The translations under genes and the position numbers were made by a program. DNA of 64,000 nucleotides from Phaeosaccion multiseriatum (taxonomy: Eukaryota > Protista > Ochrophyta, other classes). The notes beneath the pieces are model-generated. The model ran no database searches, was not told where the DNA came from, and was given only the letters and a program-made list of their open reading frames with translations. This document shows, one piece after another, positions 48,645-59,400 of the stretch. The stretch covers positions 2,046,001 through 2,110,000 of the forward strand of contig OZ218950.1 in assembly GCA_965112735.1 (NCBI GenBank). The letters are read 5' to 3'. The first letter of the stretch is position 1. The number at the start of each line of letters is the position of its first letter.

Positions 48645-51600
48645 TGTGTGTGTGTGTGTGTGTGCGTGTGTGTGTGTGGGTGTGGGTGCGTGTGGGTATG
48701 TGTCTCTACGTTAAGGGGTGTTTGCTCCTTGTTGAATGGGAGCGATTCGAGGCCGTCTGTTGCTAATGAGAGGATGTGTGTGCGTGTATGTGCGCGTGTG
48801 TGCGTGTGTGTTTGTGCGCGCGTGTGCGTGCGTGTGCGTGTGTGTGTGCGTGTGCGCGTGTGTGTGTGCGTGCGTGATGGCGTGTATGTGTGTGTGCATG
48901 AGTATATGCCCTCTCCCCCTCCCTCACCTGGTCCAACAGGAAGTAGTGCTTGATGCTCGCAAGCCTCTGCAGCAGCTGATGCTCCCCCATAATGAGTTCC
49001 AGCAGCGTACAGGAAGCAAACTCGTAGGCCCGGCCGATGATGGCACCATACGCTCCCTCCCCCATGGAGGAGCAGTCAATGGGAATGGGCCCTCCGAAGG
49101 GACAGTTCACGGCCCTGCCACACTCACGCACCACGTTAAGGTACTTGCCTGGAGGGGGGGCGGGGGAGGAGGAGGAGGAGGAGGAGGAGGAGGAGGAGGA
49201 GGAGGAGGAGGAGGAGGAGGAGGAGGAGGAGGAGGAGGAGGAGGAGGAGGAGGAGGAGGAGGAGGAGGAGGAGGAGGAGGAGGAGGAGGAGGAGGAGGAG
49301 GAGGAGGAGGAGGAGGAGGAGGCGGGGGAAGAGGAAGAGGAGGAGGAGGAGGAGGAGGAGGAGGAGGAGGAGGGAGGGTGGGGGCAAGAACGGGGTGCAG
49401 TGGAATGGGGAAATGGTGGGTGAAAGAAAAAGGTGTGAAATGGGAGGGGCGCTGATTCAATGCACATAAAAGGAAGTGGGATGAGGATGACGGCACGCGT
49501 TGGCCGTTACAGACCGCAAAAACGGGTCGTCCCTCGCACCTAAAACTCCTACACCTTCCCCTCCCCTCCTCGCCCTCCCTCCCGTCCTCACCCTCCCGCC
49601 CTCACCCACTCACCCTACTTTCCCAATGACTTACTACCCACCCACCCACCCACCCATTGACTTACTACTCACTCACCTGTGGTGAGTATCTTGTTATCGT
49701 AGGCCCTGAGGAAGGCCGCTGTATTGTGCGGCTGCAGCGTGTAACGGTTCTCCCAGTAGGTATCGTTGTAGTCTTCCAATACGTTGTCCTGTGTGAGAGA
49801 GTCCTCCTCCAGCACCTTTTAACAAGCACATACCACAACGCACAGTACAAGACACACATCCGTAAGGCCACACACAGCCACACCACATGGGAGCCACAGT
49901 CACACAGTCACACAGTCACACAGTCACACAGTCACACAGTCACACAGCCACACATTCACAGTCACACAGTCACACAGCCGCACAGTCACACAGCCACACA
50001 TTCACAGTCACACAGTCAAACAGCCGCACACGCAAACAGCAAAGCAAGGCAAGCACACACAGCAAGCACGGCAAGGTCAGTGGTAACATTGTAGTCAATC
50101 ATAGCAACGCACGCCGCAGCCACAGCAACACGGTAGAGAGAGAGAGAGAGCTCCCTCCCCTCCCCTACCCTTCCTCGTTAATCCCCCATTCGTTAACCCC
50201 TTCATTCGTTGTCCCCCCCATTCGTTAATGTACCATGAACTCATCGTAGGGGTCCTCAAGCTCCCCGTCGTAAATCCAGCGCTCGAGCATGGAGAAGTAT
50301 GGCACAGAGGCCTTGTGCAGCAGGAAGCCGTACAGCTGTCGCACCTGGGCAGGATGCACGACCGTGGAGGGATGGATGGCAGTCCATGTGGGGAGATTTC
50401 CGTTTCAGTTTACTGACCTGCAGAGGTCTCCTTACATAGGCAGCATCCCTTAATATACAGACTCACTCTTTTACCCCATACCCCATACCCCATACCCTAT
50501 ACCCCATCACCCCTTCCCTTCCCTACCCTATACTCTACACCCCATACCCAACATCTCATACCCCATACCTCATACCCTATACCCTATACCCCATACCCTA
50601 TATTCTTTCCCCCCTTGCCCCCTTCCCTCCCCCATGCCCTATACTCTACAATCCTACATCCCATACCCCATACCTCATACCGTGTACTTTGTACCCTATA
50701 CTGTACACCCCCTTCCCTGTGCACTCCATACCCTATACTCTACACCCCATACCCTATGCTCTGTCCTTTTTCTCTAATACCCTATACTCTATACCTTCTC
50801 ATCTCCGCCACTCCTGGTGGCATCTCGAAGCTTGTTGAGCAGCGCACCCCCTGTCACGTCGGCAAGCCCTCTGCACAGGCGGTCGAGGGCCTCGAGCGTG
50901 CGCAGAGAGGGCTGCACGTAGAACCACAGCTTCTGCACGCTCAGCTTGCCTGTCACAAATGGCACAGTGTATGGGGTATCACACGGGGAGAGAGGGAGGG
51001 GAGGGGAGGGGAGGGAGTCGGTCAGAAAAGACGCAACATGGGATAGGAGTGGAGGTAGGATGGGAAAGACGAAACGCTATCGAGGGTGGGTGTAACGGCT
51101 CACCTGCCAGCAGCTGAGTCTCCAACTGAGTCACCTGTGGAGGGGGGGCAGGGGCGGTGGAGGGGCGAAAGGAAATTAGAGGCGTATCAGCTTCTCCGTT
51201 TTGATTTCGAAACGGAGACACAAGTGGATAAGCATCAAGCACAAGGCCCAAAGACCGCCTCACCCCGCTCCAGTGTAAAGCATGGAGACACAAACGTTTT
51301 CCTCCCTCGCTTCCTTGCTCTCTCCCTCCCCTCCCTCCTCCCTCCCGCTCCCCTCCCCTCATCTCCCCCTCCTCTTCTCATCCCCTCCCCTCCCCTCCCC
51401 TCCCTCCCTCCCTCCCTCCCTCCCTCCCTCCCTCCCTCCCTCCCTCCCTCTCTCACCAAGACGAGGTACTCGTTGAGCAGCAGCCGCACCGCTGCCACAA
51501 AGGCGTGAGTAATGACCCCGTATTCGTGCCTGCTCCTCTCCGTCACAAAACGGCTCACATGCACGTAGGCATCACAGACTGGCAGCACACGCATGCCCAA

Positions 51601-51879
51601 ATACTTCAGCTGCTCATCCCCACCCTCCCACACCAGTTGGTAGTCCACTTCTGTGAGACTTCGAAGCGCCTCCCCCGTGCTGCTACTCGTGCCTGCACCC
51701 GCACCGGTGCTGTCGAGTGTGCCGTCTCGGTCTCGCGTGGCGTCTGTTCGGATATGTACGTATTGACCTGGAGAGAGAGAGAGAGAGAGAGAGAGAATGC
51801 GTGAGAGAGAGAGGAAGGGGGCGGGGGTGGGAGGGGGGGGTGGTGTGTGGGCGTGCGCGCATTCAGCAAAGGTCCAAGA

Positions 51880-51916
<37 letters not shown>

Positions 51917-54900
51917 ACACATACACACACACCTTCGAGGCCCATGAGCGCAGACAGCAGATCGTCCATAAGCTGATGCTCCTGAATGGCTAAGGGGAGC
52001 AGCTCCAGGGAGGAAGGGCGTGGGCTGCCTTCCGGTTGCTGCGAGGCGTCTGTTTTTCGTCCCCGGCGTTGATTGACCATTCATTGGCAGCGTTAAGGGA
52101 AGAAGGTAGGTAGGTAGGTAGGTAGGTAGGTAGGTAGGTAGGTAGGTAGGTAGGTAGGTAGGAAGGTAGGAAGGTAGGTAGGTAGGTAGGTAGGTGGGTA
52201 GATGGTTGGGTGTGTACGGTCAGTCAATGACATGAAGCAGCAGAGGACAAAGCAAGCGAAGCAAGGGGTAAGCAAGCAAGAGGTAGGCACACCCCAAGCC
52301 AGAGGTGATGACGCTTCCACCCACCCACACCCTCCCATCCACCCATCCACCAACCCACCCACCCACGCCCACCCAACCACCCACACTCACCCCCCCTCCT
52401 ACCTCCGGCGCCCTTCCAACCACTGTCCGCTGTGTCCCTCACGGTTGCTCTGTTCGGGTTAAGGAGGAAGTCACCCGTGAGGTAGGGCCTAGTACGGTTC
52501 CAAGGTGGATGATAGGGGCAGCCCGCCCTCATCACTTGCCAGGAGTCGAAGTCGCTACCAACGTACACGGCGTTTGAGACCTGCAGCTGCATCTATGGTG
52601 TGTGGGGTTGGCGTGTGGAGGAGGCAAATCAGCAGGAGCCAACAAAGCAGGAGGCAAAAAGCAACAGCCGGACAGAGACAAGAGAGCCACGCACGCACGC
52701 ACGCACACGCACGCACGCACACGCACGCACGCACGCACGTACACAAAACCAAAAAGGAAGGCAGCAGACGTGACGTACCATCCCCAGAGAGTCCGGCGCA
52801 CACATGAGACGCGTGCGTGTGTCAGGGTGGTACAGGACGAGGGTGTCTCCCGAGCGGACATGTTTACCCATCAGCCTCTGCTCGCCCTCGTGCAGTCTCC
52901 ACCCTCCTCCTCCTCCTCCTCCTCCTCCTCCTCCTCCTCCTCCCCCTCCTCCTCCTCCTCCCACTTGAGGCACACAAGGAAGCACCTCCCACTTCTCGTT
53001 GGGTCCCACGATGAACCTCCCAAACATGAGAGCGTCGCCCCTCTTGGAGGTCACTGCCAGGTAGCGTTTCCGAGAAAAGTCACTGCAGGCGTATGGGCAG
53101 GGATACGGGCAGGCAGGCACATGGGCAGGCATATGGGCAGGTAAGCACATGGACAGGCAGGCAGGCGGCCAGGCAGACAGGGAGGCGTATGGGCAGGCCA
53201 AAGGGTAGGCATATGGGCAGGCAAGCCCAGGCCGGGACAAGAGGTGCAAGCAAATCAGGGACGAGAGGAAGGGGGGGGTGTGTGTGGGGGGGGGGGGGGT
53301 GAGGGAGTGGTAGGTTCAGTCAGCAGCAGCTGTTGGTGATTGCAGCTGCAGAAGTTGGGCGATTCCAGCGTCTGTCGCAGCAGCATCCCGTGGGTCACCA
53401 ACGCGCCACCCACCTCCCCTCCCCTCCCCTCCCCTCTCCTCCCCCTTCTCACCTCTGGACAGATAGACAGTCTCCATACCGCACTGGGCCTCTGTAGGCC
53501 CTCACTGAGGCCTTCACAAACCGCAGCGACTCCTGTGGCGCCCCTGTGCCCACACCCTCGCACACGGCTCGATACTGCTGCTCTTCCTTGGGCTGAGACG
53601 GCTTGAAGGGAAGGGTGTGACCCTGCCCATATGCCTGCCCCTGTCCTCCCTGCCCATGTGACTGCAACTGGCCCTGTCCCTGTCCGCCAGGTAGAGACAT
53701 GTCTTCTGCTGCACTGCTGAGGTAGGAGCCGCGGTGGCTACCGCGGAACATTATGCTGGGATAGAGAGAGGGGGGGGGGGAGGGGGGTGAGGGAGGGAGG
53801 AAGGGAGAGAGAGGCAGAGAGAAAGGGGGAGAGAGGGACGGACAGAGAGAGGGGGGGAGAGGGGAAAGGAGAGAGAAGGAGGTGTAGAGGGAAGAGGGTG
53901 GGGGGGGGGGGGGAGAAAGGGAAAAAAACTCGTACCCACCCACCCACCACAGCCTGACACCTGACATCCCGTGCTACCTACCCACCCACCCACTCACCTA
54001 TCGTGGTAGTGCAGTGTGGTGAGGTCGTCCCCATCCACCACTTGATTCATTTGCTCTCTATTCTCGGCATTCTTGACGGCACTTCGACACGAGGAGGCAG
54101 CAGCAGCAGCAGCAGCGGCGGCAACAGCAGTTGGTGATGCAGCAGCAGCAGGGGTGTCCGGCGAGCCCCTCTGGTGGTGATGGTACTTTGGTGGTGACAA
54201 CGACTGCCCCCCCTGCCTCGCGAAGGGGGGAGAGGTTGCTCCTCCTCCTCCTCCTCCTCCTCCTCTTCCTCCTCCTCTCCCACCACTCTCTCCGCTAATC
54301 CCCCCACTTCCGAAGAGCCGAGTAGCAGAGGCTCCAGCACCCGAGGGGGGCGAGCGCGGGGCATTCGTGTTGTTGCTGTTGTTGTTGTAGGGCGAGTGCG
54401 AGTGAGAGTTCGGCGCGTTGCTGTAGGCCCCTCCCCCATCACCATACGACCCGAGAGCCTCCCTCTGGGCTGTCGCGTACAGGGAAGGAGGCATCCTGCT
54501 GGGGGTGTTGGTACTACTGCCCATGTTTACAGGCTGGCGACGAGGGCTGAGGGCCGGGGACGGCCTGGGGTGCCGTGGGTATTCGCGTCAATACGCGCGT
54601 GCGTGTGTGTGTGTGCGTGCGGATGTGTGTGTGTGCATGTGTGTGTGGTGTGTGTGTGCGTGTGCGTGTGCGTAGGGAGGATCGCGTTAAAAGGGTGCGT
54701 GATAGACGAAAATCAACTTTGAGGAGCCCTCGAAAAAGGGTCAATCAATGGGTATATATACAGGCAGGCAGGCAGGCAGGCAGGCAGATAGACAGACAGG
54801 CCGGCAGACAGACAGACAGACAGGCAGGCAGGCAGACAGGCAGACAGGCAGGCAGACAGGCAGGACAGCAGAGGATAGAGGATACTGCACTGCCCCATAG

Positions 54901-55206
54901 ACAACCCAACCCTACTACTCACGTGCTGAGCATTAGGGACGGACTGTTGCCGCCGAACTGCTCGTTGAAGTGGTTGCTACCCCCCCCATTGAGAGCTCCG
55001 TGCTGGTGCTGCTGCCTGGACTGGCGGTGTGGAGTCGTAGGACTCAAGCTATTCCACTGCCCCCCTCCTCCTCCCCCTCCTGCGCCCCCCCCCCCTCCTC
55101 CTACTCCTACTCCCCCTCGTGGAGGCGACACGCCTGCTGCCGCTCTTCCCCGTCTTGGGGGCGACTGCTGGCCTCCTCCTCGCCTCGGCTCAATCCGCGT
55201 TTTCAT
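44994..55206 (-). CDS. GCP2: Gamma-tubulin complex component 2 (GCP2/Spc97), about 20 exons, with a long N-terminal extension
   Basis: Spliced motifs PPWNRTRPYLTGDFL, QEHQLMDDLLSALMGLEG, LSVQKLWFYVQPS, SVPYFSMLERWIYDGELEDPYDEFM, YNDTYWENRYT, ILTTGKYLNVVRECG, SIKHYFLLDQGDFFVHFL, VRWPLSLVVSKRALVKYQLMFRHLF, LRQRMLHLMQNL and NLCQRLDYNSFF. Stop at 44994; the start (55206) is less certain. Confidence 0.9.
46160..46345. repeat. About 30-bp intronic minisatellite (GGGATGGCAGTGTATGGGTAGG..ACAG)
   Basis: About six degenerate units fill a GCP2 intron. Confidence 0.85.
47685..47875. repeat. About 24-bp intronic minisatellite (GTAGAGGTGTATGGGCAGGGCA)
   Basis: About eight degenerate units directly upstream of a GCP2 acceptor. 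Confidence 0.85.
49166..49372. repeat. (GGA)n / (TCC)n tract of about 200 bp in a GCP2 intron
   Basis: Near-perfect trinucleotide run; it sits where the pyrimidine tract would be on the transcript strand. Confidence 0.95.
49893..50015. repeat. (CACAGTCA)n octamer repeat in a GCP2 intron
   Basis: Tandem 8-mers with variants CACAGCCA and CACATTCA. Confidence 0.9.
50475..50790. repeat. Degenerate (ATACCCC/ATACCCT)n heptamer array in a GCP2 intron
   Basis: Reads GGGGTAT/AGGGTAT on the transcript strand. Confidence 0.8.
52106..52200. repeat. (GTAG)n intronic microsatellite
   Basis: About 23 copies with two GAAG variants. Confidence 0.93.
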
Positions 55207-56457
55207 CCCCGCCCTCCTCGACGGGGACAAGACCCCTCCCGAGCCGATCGTCTACCCTCGCCACAGGCGATGGGCAGCATCAACAGAGAGGAAGGATAGT
55301 GAGGAGGAGGAAGAGACAGGAGCCGCGCGCGTTAAAGGGGGAAGATGGCGGGGCTCTTGCATGTTTGGGCTGCTTTGCTCGCTCTTGACTGCTTGAACTC
55401 GAGCTAGGCAGTCAGCAGGTCAGGCAGTTCGTTCAGGGAGCTCGTTTGGGCAGGCAATGTTAGCCCTCTAACTTCTACATGTCCCTCTTCCCTACCTACA
55501 GTAAGTCTACGTGCAAGCCCTCTTGCAACTGCTCCAAGTACTTCCTTCTTCACCTACCTCGGCAATAAGGGCGGCTACATCAGGCGTCAGCGTGGAGCCA
55601 CTTTCACCCTGTCCTGTTCTTCTCTCAGGAGTATCGATAGGCGAAGCCCATTGGCGTTGTTGACGCCGCTGATTGTTGGGGTGAGACATGCTATTGCTCT
55701 CTCAGTTGAGTGGGATCACCTCGTCTTGTGAAGGGGAAGCTTCGGTTCACCAGCGTTTACACTTCCAGCACCACATCGTCTTCACGCCACCAGGACAGCT
55801 CCTGCTTCAGCCCAGCCAGTACAAGCGAGAGAGGCGTCACCACCCCCACGTAGCCCCTCCTCCTTCCTCCCTCGCTCTTCAATTCAAACTGCAGCCTCTC
55901 TGGATTGCAGGCTTCTTGCTCTTCCGAGCGAGCGAACTCTGTACTCAACGCGATATTCCAGTGTCTTTCTTTCACTCCACTTCCCTCCGGTGTCTAATGC
56001 CTTCCTCGTGCCTGCTGCTGCGGATACGGGCGCTGCGGCGCTTATCACGTCGCTTTGTGAGTGCCAGTGCGATGGCGGGTCGATGGCACTGGAAGGTGTC
56101 TGCTCTCTGTTCTCCTTCCATCAATAATCAAATCAATCTCTAGCTGTGTCTGTATTAAGGGATCCTCTACCTCGTTCGTTGAAGAGATATTGAGGCACTC
56201 ACGAGGAGCAATAGCAGCACCCGAAGCAGCAGCAGTGGCAGCACTAGCAACAGCAGGTGCGGCTGAGGGTTCGTCCCAAGCTGTAACCGTAAACGAGAGC
56301 AGGCCCCTGGCTTGGGCTCCTTGGTCTCTCAGGAGACAGGAAGCAGCAGCACAAGAGAGGCTGTGAATCGCTTGAAGCGTATTCATGCAGAGGTAGAAGG
56401 ATGAATCAAGCGTGGGCGCTTTGAGGAGCTCGTTGGCCCTCTCCCTCCCTTTTCAAT

Positions 56458-59400
56458 ATGCCCACTGGCAGCTCGAGAGAGCTCCGGCAAAAGATACTCC
56501 TCCCTACGCTCGACCTCTTCGAGCTGCTGACTGACAGCGGACGGCTTCGCACGGATGCCGAGTACGAGGCGCTGAAAGAGCAGCAGAGGGCCCCCGCCGG
56601 CGGCGCCAATGTGAAGCTGATCGCCTCGGCAAGGCACAGGCTCCCATCGTACAATGTGAGTGCACAGTCCTGTTGGGTGTAATGGAGCTGCGGGGCTGTG
56701 AAATTATGAGTAGTCAAGCCGTATGAGCATGGAGATGAAAATGTGGTGACCTAGAAAAGGCCTACATGGCGTCAGTAGCTCTCCTTCACCTTCTCCTCCT
56801 CCCCTCTTTTCTTCCCTCTCGTTCTTGTTCTTACCCTTCCTCTCGTCCACTTTCTCACCTGCCTTGGATGATTATGTGTGTGTGGTGTATGTGGATGCAG
56901 AATCTCGCTGCGTCGGATGACAAGAAATGTGCGACAACATTAGCATCCTCCAAGTCCAAAGCCTCCAAAGCTCTCAAAGGTCAGCTGCCTAGGGCCGCAC
57001 CGGGCTCTGATCCCCCGGACCTCCACTCGACTGCAGCAGCAGCAGCAGCAGTAGGAGGAGGAGGAGGAGGAGCAGGGGGTGGTCCTTCTGGGGAATCAGC
57101 GGCAGTCGGAGCAGGAGCAGCAGCAACAGCGGCAGCCAGCCACACTTCCCGTGACACAGATGAGGAGATTGTCCAGGAAATGCTCCTTCGGCGAACGGCT
57201 ACTGCGAGGAAGCTCGACTCTGCTACCGTGCATAGTCGCCTGGATGAATCCCCATCCGGAGTAGTAGCAGCAGCACCAGTGGCAGAGGACTGCCCTCTTC
57301 CTTCCTCCTCTTCCTCCGATGATCGTAGCGGCCACCTGAGTCATCGCCGCAGTAGTAGACGGAGGACCAACAGCAGCACCACTTGCTTGGAGAAGAGTGC
57401 ACGTTTGACCGCTGCCGTGGCAGAACATAGTCTGGCTGCCACCGTCACGACTGTGGCAGCGATTCGCAGACTCACAGGGGTGCCTGCATACGACGCTGCT
57501 GTCGCCGCCGCTGCTGCTGCCGCTGCTGCTGCTGCTGCCGAGGCTGAGACCAATGGTTTAGATTGTAGCAGCAGTAGCAGCTCGAGGAGGAGCTCTGGGG
57601 GAGGTACTGAGGACGGGAGCGAGGCAGAGAGAAGAGCGAAGGTGAGTGAGGCGGGCAGGAGGGTTCTGCGGGTACTGAAGTGACGTGTGTCTACGTCTGT
57701 GTACGTGTATGTGTGTGTGGGTCGTGTGTGTGCGTGCGTGCGTGCGCGTGTGCGTGTGCGTAAGGACACGGTGTTTCCCAGAGCTGGACCTCCTTCCATC
57801 CTTCCATCTCTCGCTCGGGCCCAGTCCCTGCACCGACCTCCTCCCGTCTCTTTCACCTCTCCCTCCCTCTCCCTCTCCTTTCTCCCCCTCTCTCTCTTTG
57901 CTCTCCCCCTCCCCTTTCCCCTCGTTTATCTTAACCACCCTCCCTCTCCTTCTTCCCCCTCCCACTCCGTCTCCTCCCTCCCCCCATGCCTTCCCTAACC
58001 TCCCCCCCCCCCCCCTTCTCCGCCCATATACCTCCCGCTATCCACCATACGCCTCCATCTGCCCTCTCCAGCGTCTAGCCGCACAAGACAGTCCACGCAC
58101 CCGTCAGATCCGGCGTCTCTCAGCATCGCCGCTTCCCTGGGGGGCAGGCAGGACCACCCTGGGGGGCAAGCCAAATACTAGCAAGCATATGGGTATGATG
58201 GGCGCCCCAACCTCTGTGGAGTCATTGGCGTCCGCAGAAGGAGCCGAAGGAGGAGGAGGGGCAGAGGAGGACAGCAGCGGCAGCGTTGGGCCTGGGTACG
58301 GGGCCGGGGATCATCTCGGCGCGAGAGTACAGAGGAAACGCAGGCTCTATTTGGGTATCCCGCCCCGCAAGGAAGGCAACTGCCTCCAGACCCGTGCCGT
58401 GGAGAGGCGTATTAATGACTTACGGGGTCCAGGCAAAGACCAAGCTCTCTCTCGTAGGGACTTGGGCCAGAGGGTGCAGGACGTGATGAGACAGAGGAGA
58501 TGGGTCAAGAAGAGGGTCAACCAGGAGAAGGTAACTCCCTCTCCGTCTCCCTCTCCCTCTCCCTCTCCCTCTCTCTCTCCCTCTCCCTCTCCCTCTCCCT
58601 CTCCCTCTCCCTCTCCCTCTCCCTCTCCCTCTCCCCCTCCGTCTCCCTCTCCCTCTCCCTCTCCCTCTCCCTCTCCCTCTCCCTCTCCCTCTCCCTCTCC
58701 CTCTCCCTCTTCCTCTTCCTCTCCCTCTCCCTCTCCCTCTCCCTCTCCCTCTCCCTCTCCCTCTCCCCTCCCTCTCCCTCTCCCCTCCCTCTCTCCTTCC
58801 ACACCGCTCTCTTTCCCTCCCTCCCTATCCCCTGACTCTCTCCCCTACCCCTCTCCCCCCTGACACCAGGTACAGCGCAACAAGGAGCTTTGTGCCTCGG
58901 AGGCCGCCGCTGTGCTCCTGCGCAAGGCCGAAAGGTGCGTATGTCCATCCCGTGCATAAGGCCACCCTTTTGTAAGGCTACCCCATTGACTCTCGCTGCG
59001 ATTCTTATGATGTGCATTGTGCCGACATTGTCTGGGTGGGTGGGGGGAGTAGATGGGGGGAGGGTGGAGAGAAAAAGGCACAGACAGACACACACGCACG
59101 CACGCACACGCACACACATATACACACACAAACTCTTTTGCCTCTACTTCTTGTGCCAATAAACTCAAATTAAGCCTATGCTCACTTGTGTGCCTCTGTG
59201 TGTGTATGCGTGTGTGCAATGCGTGTGTATGTGTGTGTGTGTGTACGCGGCACTGCCCCTGTGACAGTTTCGAAAAGGACCGCTTGCGCCAGGCCCGTGC
59301 CCAGCGACGCCGTGACGCCTTTGCCCGCCTTCGGATCGACAAGATGAGGGGCTTGATGGAGCTCCGAGCGCTTGCCCTAGAGGTGGTGGACGAAAAGACA

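Noticed and set aside
48736-49496. Long poly-G/S/E/P/L ORFs here and at 7557-8154, 11916-12446, 40628-41596 and 58347-59131
   Set aside because: They are translations of intronic or UTR microsatellites that lack stop codons; flanking splice sites explain the regions.
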